From an uncultured Methanoregulaceae archaeon (lineage in GTDB: Archaea; Halobacteriota; Methanomicrobia; Methanomicrobiales; Methanospirillaceae): a stretch of 64,000 nucleotides of DNA. Positions 32,598-42,059 of the stretch are shown piece by piece (the stretch's first letter is position 1; every line of letters begins with the position of its first letter). Below the pieces are notes generated by a model, which saw only the letters and a program-made list of their open reading frames with translations, was not told the DNA's origin and searched no databases. Where the stretch lies: the NCBI GenBank assembly GCA_963701095.1, contig OY969564.1, positions 1,728,001 to 1,792,000 on the forward strand. The letters are read 5' to 3'. The translations under genes were made by a program, and so were the position numbers.

Positions 32598-34217
32598 TCA
32601 GGCGGGTGGTATGGCCTGGGTCATGATCTTACGTTCATCCTCGGTCAGGTGTGCGAGCACATCGGCAGTCTTTCCAATCTCTACAATCTTTCCGCCTCGC
32701 ATCAGTGCAATCCGGTCACATATTTCGCGCACGAATTCCATGTCATGCGAGACCACGATGAAGGTTTCATCGATGTCGTCGCGCGAATGCATTATGGAAT
32801 GTTTGACATCGATCTTGGTAATCGGATCCATTGTGCCTGTAGGCTCGTCAAGGATTACAATTTTGGGTTCCCGGATTAGAACCTGTGCGAGTGCGACCCG
32901 GTGGCGTTCCCCTTCCGAGAGTTGCCCTGGCAACCTTTCAAGAATCTCTTTACTCTTCTCCTCAGTAAATCCGGCCATTTTCAAGGTGACAATAGCCTTT
33001 CGCATGGCCAGCTCCTTGGGGAATTCAAGGCCGATTGCATCCGTGAGATTATCAAGCACGTTACGATGGGGATAGAGGTCGTATTCCTGATGAAGCAGTC
33101 CGATATACTCTTTGGCTCGGCCCCGCTGTTCAACACCCGGCTTGGTCATATCAACCCAATCATCACCAATCTTGATGTTGATTTCTCCGCTTGTAGGCTC
33201 GATGAGTCCGGCTATGATCCGCGAAAGCGTTGTTTTCCCAGCTCCGCTTTTTCCGATGATGCCAAAGATCTCTTTTGTGTATACGTCGAAACTGACGCCA
33301 TTAACGGCTCTGACAACACCCCTGTCGACAGATATATATCGCTTGACAAGGTCCCGGGCAACGACTATCTTTTCTCCTGTCTCTGCATGTTCGAAGACCT
33401 CAGTATCGTCGCAGCCGGCCATAAATTCACTTATCACTTCTTTTGGCGAACCGATTTTTGCGATGGCACCGTCGACAAGCAGGATAGCGCGGCTGGCTAC
33501 ATCTTCTATCACCTGCGAGAAGTGGGATGTTACGACCATGCCCATATTGTTGGTTTTTGCCGCTTCAGTGAGCATTGAATGGACAATCTTTGCGGTTCCT
33601 GGATCCAGCGTACCGGTCGGTTCATCTGCAAAGAGTAAAAACGGCTCTTTTGCGAGTTGCCGGGCAAGCACGACACGTTGCTTTTCTCCCCCAGAAAGAT
33701 CTCGAGCTATATGCATCATCCGGTGAGAGAGCCGCACCTGGTCGATTAGGTCGGCTGCACGATTGATGGCTTTCTCCTGAGGGTAATCAATATCATCGAG
33801 AGCATGAAGGACGTTCTCGATTACCCGGTCATCACCATACAGGGCAAAGGTCCGCTGGAACATTATCGCTGTTCGCCGCATCACCCTTCGTTTTAGTGCA
33901 TCGTTTGTTTCATTCCAGAGATCCACATCGAGTGGCGCGAGCGTTCCGCCGCATTGCGGGCAAGGTTTCCCGGTGGAGCTCGCAACGTCTATGTAATCGC
34001 ACGAGGGACAAGCCGAAACATGGTAGATTATTCTGCCACTCGTTGGCGGTTGTTCCACACCTCTCATGAGGTGCATCAGCACGGTCTTACCGGCGCCGCT
34101 CCTGCCAATGATCCCCAGAATCTCACCTTCGGCGATTTCAAATGAGATATTTCTGAGGGCATGCGAGCCATCAAAATCCATACAGATGTTGTCGACCGTG
34201 ATCAATGGAGCCTTCAT
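32598..34217 (-). CDS. atwA: Methyl-coenzyme M reductase system component A2 (dual ABC ATPase)
   Basis: Two Walker A motifs (GRSGAGKT, GKSGAGKT), CPSC...CPQC zinc insert and MFQRTFALY. Confidence 0.95.
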   Translation of the reverse strand: MKAPLITVDNICMDFDGSHALRNISFEIAEGEILGIIGRSGAGKTVLMHLMRGVEQPPTSGRIIYHVSACPSCDYIDVASSTGKPCPQCGGTLAPLDVDLWNETNDALKRRVMRRTAIMFQRTFALYGDDRVIENVLHALDDIDYPQEKAINRAADLIDQVRLSHRMMHIARDLSGGEKQRVVLARQLAKEPFLLFADEPTGTLDPGTAKIVHSMLTEAAKTNNMGMVVTSHFSQVIEDVASRAILLVDGAIAKIGSPKEVISEFMAGCDDTEVFEHAETGEKIVVARDLVKRYISVDRGVVRAVNGVSFDVYTKEIFGIIGKSGAGKTTLSRIIAGLIEPTSGEINIKIGDDWVDMTKPGVEQRGRAKEYIGLLHQEYDLYPHRNVLDNLTDAIGLEFPKELAMRKAIVTLKMAGFTEEKSKEILERLPGQLSEGERHRVALAQVLIREPKIVILDEPTGTMDPITKIDVKHSIMHSRDDIDETFIVVSHDMEFVREICDRIALMRGGKIVEIGKTADVLAHLTEDERKIMTQAIPPA

Positions 34218-34317
34218 AATTCCCTTGTATCTAATCTGGAAGTGGTGTCATATTACCTTTTATATGCTGCCCGCGATAGTCACGATCGGGAATTAGCGTA
34301 TAGTGCAAAAATTTTCT

Positions 34318-35124
34318 CTATAATAAATTCTTAATGATAGGTAGCACATCTCTCACGTGGCTGATGACATGATCGGCCACATCGAAAAGTTCACCCGGTC
34401 GGTTACCTGTCTGCTGCACGGTGAGAATTGCGGTATCAGCTTTTGTAAACGCACCCAGATCGTTTATTCCGTCACCGACCATGACCACGTGATCGTACTC
34501 GTTTTTCAGGTCCGTGATGATCTGCGCTTTGATGGTCGGCGTTGCTACACCGTAAACCCGGTCACGGGGAATGCCGAGATGATCAGCCATGATCTCCAAT
34601 TTTGTCGAGCGGTCTCCCGAAGCGATAAAGGTGGGCACACCCATACGGTGGAGGGCGGTGATAGTCTCTTTTGCGCCCTCAAATGGCCAGCCTCCCGCTG
34701 TTACCGTAAATTCTATAGACTTGTGTGCCATGTTGAGAATTGCCCCACTGTTGAGCGTCAGCATAGTCTCGCATCTGCAGACTCCCCAGACGTCCCGGAT
34801 ACATTCCTGAAGATCACTAACACGTGCTTGAGTATCAGCATACAGCATATCGCCGATCTCTTCTGCAGTTGTGATTTTTCTGGTGCAGCTGATGCCAAAA
34901 CCTACCTGATTTTCTGATAGGTATTCAGAAAGGAGCATATCCGGCGGGGCAGCGATAATATGTTTGGAGTGGACTGGTATGACGATCAATACGCGTTCCA
35001 GCGAGGCGAAGGTAAGTGTGGTGGTCTCTATCCCGGGCATCAGTACCTTCTTCCTGATATTCTTTGCGACCCGGTATGTGTTCAGAAGTGTTCCGGCACT
35101 GTCAAAAACCACGGCTACGGTCAT
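34318..35124 (-). CDS. HAD-superfamily hydrolase (soluble P-type ATPase-like)
   Basis: VFDSAGTL, ASGDR and MVGDGIND. Confidence 0.85.
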   Translation of the reverse strand: MTVAVVFDSAGTLLNTYRVAKNIRKKVLMPGIETTTLTFASLERVLIVIPVHSKHIIAAPPDMLLSEYLSENQVGFGISCTRKITTAEEIGDMLYADTQARVSDLQECIRDVWGVCRCETMLTLNSGAILNMAHKSIEFTVTAGGWPFEGAKETITALHRMGVPTFIASGDRSTKLEIMADHLGIPRDRVYGVATPTIKAQIITDLKNEYDHVVMVGDGINDLGAFTKADTAILTVQQTGNRPGELFDVADHVISHVRDVLPIIKNLL

Positions 35125-35174
35125 TGTTTCACCCGGTAATAAACTCTATGTAGATTCCCCTCTCTATTGAAAGG

Positions 35175-36143
35175 ATGATGCTGATGATCGTACCTGAAAC
35201 TGCGGAGAAGATAAAGAGCATGGAGATCCGGGGGGCGGGAAGAATTGCAAGGGCTGTTGCCGTAGCTCTCCGGGATCATGCACGTTCGCTCCAGGTTCAG
35301 ACTCCAGATGCCTTCAGGCAGGAAATGGAGCATGCCGCAAAACTGCTCCTCGCTACCCGGCCGACAGCGGTATCCCTGCCAAATGCAGTCCATATGGTCA
35401 TGGCCGGTCTAAATCATGCCAAGACAACCGATGAAGCAAAGTCCGGCGTAATCAGACGCGCAGATGAATTCATTACATCGTCGCAGCATGCAGTAGAACA
35501 GATCGCGCAATTCGGGGCTAGTCACATACGAGACGGTGATACCATCCTGACGCATTGCAACTCTGAGGTTGCACTCGGATGTATTATCGAGGCCCACCGG
35601 CAGGGAAAAAAGATCGAGGTTTTTGCTACTGAAGTGCGGCCAAGAAACCAGGGGCTTATCACAATCCGGACATTAAACGATGCAGGTATAAAAACAAACT
35701 TTATCGTGGATTCTGCGGTCAGAACGTTCATCAACGATGTAGATCTGGTTATTGTAGGAGCCGACGCAGTAACCGTGAACGGAGCTGTAGTGAATAAGAT
35801 CGGGACGGCGCAGGTTGCCCATTCTGCCCGCGAGGCGCGGGTAAACCTGATGGTAGCTGCCGAGACCTATAAGTTTGCACCTCGAACAATCCTTGGTGAG
35901 TTCATCCGGATCGAAGAAAGAGCCGGAAACGAAGTTCTTGCCGATGATATCGCCCGGGCCCTTCCGTATGTTACTGTGAGAAATCCGGCTTTTGATGTTA
36001 CTCCCTCAGAATACATTGACCTGATCGTCACTGAGAAAGGTGCAATCCCGCCCCAGATGGCCTATGTAATCATCCGGGATTATCTTGGATGGGGAATTGA
36101 CGAATTTCACCTGGCGTTCGGGCCCGGTCTTAATGGAGAATAA
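35175..36143 (+). CDS. Ribose-1,5-bisphosphate isomerase (eIF-2B family)
   Basis: IRGAGRIA, TRPTAVSL, THCNS, EVRP, GAD, NKIGT and NPAFDVTP. Confidence 0.88.
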   Translation: MMLMIVPETAEKIKSMEIRGAGRIARAVAVALRDHARSLQVQTPDAFRQEMEHAAKLLLATRPTAVSLPNAVHMVMAGLNHAKTTDEAKSGVIRRADEFITSSQHAVEQIAQFGASHIRDGDTILTHCNSEVALGCIIEAHRQGKKIEVFATEVRPRNQGLITIRTLNDAGIKTNFIVDSAVRTFINDVDLVIVGADAVTVNGAVVNKIGTAQVAHSAREARVNLMVAAETYKFAPRTILGEFIRIEERAGNEVLADDIARALPYVTVRNPAFDVTPSEYIDLIVTEKGAIPPQMAYVIIRDYLGWGIDEFHLAFGPGLNGE

Positions 36144-36270
36144 GTCAAAACCCTCCTGCACTGTAAACCAGAGCGATGTTTTTATTGAACAACACATCTC
36201 AGGAATAATTCAACCGGCAACCCGGCGTTTTATATGTTCGAGGATACGCTGGACTGCCAGGGGCACCATA

Positions 36271-37089
36271 ATGGAAATACCCTTTACTAAATTACACGGA
36301 AACGGTAACGATTTCATCCTTATCGATGAATATGAGGAAACGGTCATCCCCGATGATCTGAAGGCGCACTTTGCTGCACTTTACTGCGACCGGAGGTTCG
36401 GGATCGGTGCTGACGGGATTCTCTACCTCTTAAAGTCGGTTGATAATGATATCAGGATGAGAATTTTCCAGCCTGACGAAAGTGAGGCCGAGATGTGCGG
36501 CAACGGTGTCCGCTGCATTGCCAAGTATGCGCTTGATGCAGGGTATGTAGGAGAAACCTTCACCGTCGAAACTGCCGCAGGGCAGGTCGGAGTTACGGCA
36601 AAATACGCGGGTGAGGAGTTTACTGCGATCATCAATATGCCCACGCCCGGATTCACCCGCGGGGACATTCCGGCATCCGGCGATGGTGAATATAACGAAC
36701 ATATCGGAGGGTTAGAGGTCTATGCCGTAAATACCGGAGTACCCCACGCAGTAATCCTTATCGATGCAGTCGACACGGTAGACATTACTGCAGATGCCCC
36801 GGCAATACGGCACCATCCCTCATTTCCCGAGGGTGCAAACGTGAACTTTGTGGAAAAGACCGGCGATGATTCCCTGAAAATACGCACATTCGAACGTGGC
36901 GTTGAAGAGGAAACTCTTTCCTGCGGGACTGGAGCGACCGCAGCAGCCGCAGTCGTGCGCCGGCTCGGATACATGGGCGATACGATCCATGTTGAAACGA
37001 AGGGGGGACCTCTCACGATTCATTTCAATGATGGGGTAAAAATGGAAGGCCCGGCAGTCACGGTTTACACGGGCTTTATCAGCTACTAA
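36271..37089 (+). CDS. dapF: Diaminopimelate epimerase
   Basis: KLHGNGNDF, EMCGNG, GVPH, ERG and SCGTG. Confidence 0.95.
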   Translation: MEIPFTKLHGNGNDFILIDEYEETVIPDDLKAHFAALYCDRRFGIGADGILYLLKSVDNDIRMRIFQPDESEAEMCGNGVRCIAKYALDAGYVGETFTVETAAGQVGVTAKYAGEEFTAIINMPTPGFTRGDIPASGDGEYNEHIGGLEVYAVNTGVPHAVILIDAVDTVDITADAPAIRHHPSFPEGANVNFVEKTGDDSLKIRTFERGVEEETLSCGTGATAAAAVVRRLGYMGDTIHVETKGGPLTIHFNDGVKMEGPAVTVYTGFISY

Positions 37090-37128
37090 TTTTTTAGCAG
37101 ATTTTCCCGGTATCATCGAAGGAGAAGG

Positions 37129-37806
37129 CTACTCTCGTGCCCTGATTCCATCCTGAACCAGCTCAAAATCAAACCAAGCGCCTTCGGGTCGTGACCGGTG
37201 CTTGACAAGGGTCGCCCGCCGCCATCCGGCCCCCTCGAGCCTGTCCAGCCGGACGATAGCCTTTGATATATGTTCGAGCGATGTCCCACCCAATCCGGCA
37301 AACGTGTTCCTCGTCGTATCCATGTAGACCTGATTGGTTATGAGTACAGCCGGCTCGTACCTTTTTGCATATCCGAGAAGCTGGAGCATCTGCCGGGTAA
37401 GCATCTGCATGGCGTCACGGCCTTTCTCCAGATCGGTCCGGTAGAGCGCGGTTGCCGAGTCCAGTACAATAAGGCCGGGCTGGTGCTGACGGAGGACTTT
37501 GTCGGCTTCCACAATCATACTACCCTGTTGTTCGAAGTCTATAGGTTCGAAGAGGAAAAGCCGGTCTGCTATAGCCGCGGAATCGTTATCCGCGATCTGC
37601 CGGAACCGCTCTGTCGAGAAACCCTCGGAATCGATGAACACAACAGAATCCCCGGCCCGCAGGCAGGAGATGGCGGCAACCATGGACAGCGTACTTTTGC
37701 CGCTTGCCGGACCTCCAAAAATCTGGGTTATGGTGCGTAATTCAAGTCCTCCCCCCAGCAGACGGTCAAGGGCAGGATTCCCGCTGCTGCGCCGGTCGGC
37801 CTTCAT
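37129..37806 (-). CDS. radB: DNA repair protein RadB
   Basis: GGPASGKS, LDSAT, TNQV and KHRS. Confidence 0.9.
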   Translation of the reverse strand: MKADRRSSGNPALDRLLGGGLELRTITQIFGGPASGKSTLSMVAAISCLRAGDSVVFIDSEGFSTERFRQIADNDSAAIADRLFLFEPIDFEQQGSMIVEADKVLRQHQPGLIVLDSATALYRTDLEKGRDAMQMLTRQMLQLLGYAKRYEPAVLITNQVYMDTTRNTFAGLGGTSLEHISKAIVRLDRLEGAGWRRATLVKHRSRPEGAWFDFELVQDGIRARE

Positions 37807-39023
37807 TTGCCACCCGGAACTTTCCGGTGCTTTTTTTCGCTGGTCATCATTTCTGCCGCAATCTGTGCAGCGGAGAGTACGTCCCGCACCGGTACACCCA
37901 GCTCTTCAGCGATACTCCTCGCTGCATCAAATTCCGGCTTGCATGTGTATACTATCCCATCCATCCACCCGCATTTCACCGGAAGATGTTTTTTATGTCC
38001 GCTTATAACAACGTCCACTTCTGTAAATGTCCGGTCTGCAGTGAAGCGGTGGATAGCGGGAATACACCTTATGCCAAGTGTTCCCAGTTCGCGTGCCATG
38101 AGTCTGGCAAAAGTCGCGGATAATGCTGGTTGTACGATAACTGTTACAAGGTATCCCGGCCGCCCTTTTTTCATGAGAATGGGTGTTGCACTCGCATCCC
38201 GGGCCCCGGCGGCCATGAACCGTGCCAGCGCCTCTCCGATCACCTCACCGTTAACATCATCAACGTTCGTTTCGAGGATATCAACAATATCCCGGGGCAT
38301 AGCTGCTACGGCATCAAAAGTCTCCACTACCATTGCCCGCAAGACGTTCGGTGTATGCTCTGGGTTTCTGCTCCCGGCGCCGTAACCGGAAGTGAGTATC
38401 GTATTTGCACCAAGATTGGCAGGTGCCATAGTAGTAAACTCGGCGAGGAGAGCGGCACCGGTAGGTGTGCAAAGCTCGGAATCATCCCCTCCATGAAGTG
38501 TTGAGAGCCCGGATCCTGTGAGTATCGCGACGGTAGCGGGCGCTGGAACCGGGAAGCGACCGTGGGACCCTGTTGCTGTACCGGATCCGAGTGCAATTGG
38601 CAGGACCGTGACGCCATCAACCCCAAGCGAGGAAAGTGCAGTACAGGCACCAATTACGTCAGCGACAGCATCGTCAGCACCGACTTCATGGAAGTGGACA
38701 TGCTTTCCGTGCACCATTTCTTCTGCCGCGTTGAGCCGTAAAAAGACACGGCGTGCCATGGCTCGTGCATCTTCCGGAACCTGCAAAGCCGCAGCATCCA
38801 ACCGTTTTTCCACTTCTGTGAATGTCCTGTGTTCCATCGTTGCATGGGTATTAACTTTCACAGCCCGGATACCGGCACGGTCGACGATTTCCACGGTTGG
38901 ATCTGGGACTATGGCCCGCATTGCGGTTATAACCCGCTCCTGGTCCGCTCCGCAGGCTATAAGGGCGGCTGTGATCATATCCCCTGCTGCGCCATGGAAC
39001 GGATCAAAAACAAGAATGCGCAT
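37803..39023 (-). CDS. larC: Nickel insertion protein LarC family
   Basis: GAAGDM, VHFHEVG, TPTGAA, ETNVDD and MKKGRPG. Confidence 0.9.
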   Translation of the reverse strand: MRILVFDPFHGAAGDMITAALIACGADQERVITAMRAIVPDPTVEIVDRAGIRAVKVNTHATMEHRTFTEVEKRLDAAALQVPEDARAMARRVFLRLNAAEEMVHGKHVHFHEVGADDAVADVIGACTALSSLGVDGVTVLPIALGSGTATGSHGRFPVPAPATVAILTGSGLSTLHGGDDSELCTPTGAALLAEFTTMAPANLGANTILTSGYGAGSRNPEHTPNVLRAMVVETFDAVAAMPRDIVDILETNVDDVNGEVIGEALARFMAAGARDASATPILMKKGRPGYLVTVIVQPALSATFARLMARELGTLGIRCIPAIHRFTADRTFTEVDVVISGHKKHLPVKCGWMDGIVYTCKPEFDAARSIAEELGVPVRDVLSAAQIAAEMMTSEKKHRKVPGGK

Positions 39024-39065
39024 TTACAGTACCTATAAATCCCTGCGTATATGACCTTTAAGGTA

Positions 39066-41483
39066 ATGCCCGAAGTGCAACTGAAGGTCGATTCAGCTTA
39101 TCCCGGTGACCAAGGCGGAGGGAAAGCAAGACTTGATCCTGAAACCATGCTCCTTCTGAAGATTTCACCAGGGGATCTCGTGGTAATCGAGGGAAAACGT
39201 CGGACTGTGGCAAAGGTCTGGCGTTCCCTGGTTGAGGACTGGAACCAGCGGAAGATCCGGATCGACAATTTTACCCGTCTTAATGCCGGCGTGAGTATAG
39301 GAGATGCCGTCAAGGTATCGACACTGTCGGAGGAGATCGAGGCGAAACGTGTCGTGCTTGCTCCTCCCGAAGACCTGCCAAAAAAGATGCCGATTGCAAA
39401 TAACCCTCATGTCATTAATGGTCTGCTTGATTTCCCGGTTGTGAAAAACGACTCAATCCCTATTATGCTGGGGATGCCGTTTGTCCAGCCTCAGATCGTC
39501 GCGTTCAAGGTAGTGGAGATCGAGCCTGAAGAGGCCGTGATCATCACAAAAAACACCTCGGTCGAATTCTCTGATAAACCCGCCGCAGGATTCGAAGGAT
39601 TAAAAAGATTCTCGTATGAGGATATCGGAGGCCTAAAAGATGAGCTCCAGAGACTCCGCGAGACCATTGAACTACCCCTGCGACACCCTGAGCTCTTCCA
39701 GAAACTCGGGATTGAACCCCCCAAAGGCGTCTTACTCTATGGTCCGCCGGGAACGGGTAAAACTCTTATTGCAAAAGCGGTGGCAAGCGAGAGCGGGGCG
39801 CACTTCATCTCGATTGCCGGTCCTGAAGTTATCTCAAAATATTACGGTGAAAGCGAACAACGCCTGCGTGAGGTCTTTGAGGAGGCTCGGGAAAATGCAC
39901 CTTCAATTATCTTCATCGATGAACTGGATTCAATTGCACCCCGGCGTGAGGAAGTGACCGGAGAGGTTGAGCGCCGTGTCGTTGCCCAGCTCCTTACCAT
40001 GATGGACGGTCTTGAGGAACGGGGGCAGGTCGTTGTGATCGGCGCGACAAACCGGGTCGACGCGATCGATGCAGCCCTCCGCCGGCCCGGAAGATTCGAC
40101 CGCGAGATCGAGATTGGTGTCCCGAGCGAACCGGATCGGATCGAGATCCTGAAGATCCACACCCGGGGCATGCCGCTTGCTGAAGACGTTAGTCTCGAAT
40201 CTCTCTCCCAGCAGACCCATGGGTTCGTTGGAGCCGACCTTGCAGCCCTCGCCCGTGAGGCAGCTATACGAGCCCTGCGCCGATATCTCCCCGATCTCGA
40301 TCTCGATAAAGCGGAGATCGATCAGGAGACCCTCGACAAGCTACGGGTGTATGCAAGCGACTTCAGGAGTGCCCAGCGTGACGTGGGCCCAAGTGCAATG
40401 CGCGAAGTGATGCTCGAAGTCTCACATGTGAAATGGACAACCGTTGGAGGCCTTGATGCGGCAAAAACTGAGGTCCGTGAAGCGGTCGAGTACCCCTTAA
40501 CGCACCATGACCGGTTTGAAGATCTTGGTATCGAACCCCCACGAGGCGTACTGCTTTACGGCCCTCCGGGGACAGGTAAAACACTTATCGCAAAAGCGGT
40601 GGCAAGCGAGAGCGGTGCCAACTTTATTCCGGTCCGGGGTCCGCAACTGCTCTCCAAATGGGTTGGCGAGAGTGAACGTGCGGTGCGGGAGATCTTCCGG
40701 AAGGCCCGCCAGGTATCGCCATCGATTATTTTCTTTGACGAGATTGATGCCCTTGCTCCAGCGAGAGGGACATCGAGCGATTCACATGTAATCGACAATG
40801 TCCTTAACCAGATCTTAACTGAGATGGATGGCCTTGAAGAACTCAAGGACGTCGTCGTCATGGGGGCAACTAATCGCCCGGACATTGTAGATCCGGCGCT
40901 TCTTCGGGCCGGACGATTCGACCGGCTCGTCTATATTGGTGAACCGACGCTTGCAGACCGTGTCAAGATTATCGGTATTCACTTAGCGTTTATGCCACTC
41001 GAAGGTTCAAATCTCGAAGAAATTGTCGATCTAACCGACGGGTACACTGAGGAAATGCTGGGAGATTTGATCGAGAGTCTCGGGAAAAATGCCACTATAA
41101 CAGCAGCTATGATTAAAGCCGCCATCGTACCGGCAAAAGAGTCGAGCACCGGCGTCTCCAAGGGTGCGAGGCGACGACGTCTTGTCGAGCTTATGCATGA
41201 AAAGAATCTCTCATTCGAAGACCCGGCCCGGGATAGCCAGGTTACCGCCCTGGCGCAGATAACCGAAGGGTTTGTCGGTGCAGATCTCGAATCACTCTGT
41301 CGTGAGGCCGGTATGCTTGCCCTCCGGGAGCAGGGGATTGTCGTGACGCAGAGGCATTTCGAAGAGGCACAAAAGAAGGTCCATCCGACCATGAACGACA
41401 ATCTGCGGGATTATTATAACAAAATCCAGCAGCATTTCAAAGGCGGTCTTCCTGCAAAGGTCCAGCCGCCGGAATACCAGTAA
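39066..41483 (+). CDS. cdc48: CDC48/VAT-family AAA+ ATPase
   Basis: N domain plus two AAA modules, each with [15 protein letters not shown] and RAGRFDR. Confidence 0.95.
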   Translation: MPEVQLKVDSAYPGDQGGGKARLDPETMLLLKISPGDLVVIEGKRRTVAKVWRSLVEDWNQRKIRIDNFTRLNAGVSIGDAVKVSTLSEEIEAKRVVLAPPEDLPKKMPIANNPHVINGLLDFPVVKNDSIPIMLGMPFVQPQIVAFKVVEIEPEEAVIITKNTSVEFSDKPAAGFEGLKRFSYEDIGGLKDELQRLRETIELPLRHPELFQKLGIEPPKGVLLYGPPGTGKTLIAKAVASESGAHFISIAGPEVISKYYGESEQRLREVFEEARENAPSIIFIDELDSIAPRREEVTGEVERRVVAQLLTMMDGLEERGQVVVIGATNRVDAIDAALRRPGRFDREIEIGVPSEPDRIEILKIHTRGMPLAEDVSLESLSQQTHGFVGADLAALAREAAIRALRRYLPDLDLDKAEIDQETLDKLRVYASDFRSAQRDVGPSAMREVMLEVSHVKWTTVGGLDAAKTEVREAVEYPLTHHDRFEDLGIEPPRGVLLYGPPGTGKTLIAKAVASESGANFIPVRGPQLLSKWVGESERAVREIFRKARQVSPSIIFFDEIDALAPARGTSSDSHVIDNVLNQILTEMDGLEELKDVVVMGATNRPDIVDPALLRAGRFDRLVYIGEPTLADRVKIIGIHLAFMPLEGSNLEEIVDLTDGYTEEMLGDLIESLGKNATITAAMIKAAIVPAKESSTGVSKGARRRRLVELMHEKNLSFEDPARDSQVTALAQITEGFVGADLESLCREAGMLALREQGIVVTQRHFEEAQKKVHPTMNDNLRDYYNKIQQHFKGGLPAKVQPPEYQ

Positions 41484-41545
41484 TTTCTCTCACATTTTTC
41501 CAGATACTGATCCGGAAAACTCCGGAAAAAAGATTATCTGACAGA

Positions 41546-41878
41546 TTATTCATTTATCTGGCGTTCGTTGATCTTTGCAGCCATGATAAAATCGTTGAGG
41601 GTCAGTCCGCCGGCCGGGTACGAATAATATCCAACCTCAACATACCGTCCCTCCCGCATTGCGAGATCGGGGATATGCCCCTCCTCTGTGGACAGAGTCA
41701 GTACATCATTGAGGAACGCAATGGACTGTTCGCTTTTTTCAAAGGTAAACGTCCGGGTCAGGTGACCGTTTTCAAGCAACCAACCAGGCACTTCCTTCAA
41801 AAGTTCAACGGTATCTTTTCGGGTAATAGGTGGCGAGCCGGGCTTATAGGCTGAGCATTTTCTCTCCGCGAGTTCCAT
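41546..41878 (-). CDS. Pterin-4-alpha-carbinolamine dehydratase-family protein
   Basis: LTRTFTF, EGHIPD and GGLTLNDFIMAAKI. Confidence 0.8.
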   Translation of the reverse strand: MELAERKCSAYKPGSPPITRKDTVELLKEVPGWLLENGHLTRTFTFEKSEQSIAFLNDVLTLSTEEGHIPDLAMREGRYVEVGYYSYPAGGLTLNDFIMAAKINERQINE

Positions 41879-42059
41879 GCGTATGTGTCCGTCCTGCAAC
41901 CAAAAAAGGTTTTTCTCATAAAACGCACAATTGGCTTATTTTCCTTTAACTTCAGCCGGAAAACCAAGGATCCTGCTTTTCAGGTTACCCTAAACCATCC
42001 TGTCATACCGGCTTTACGTAAACACCTTAACACACCCGGCACAACAGAATACTACGAAC

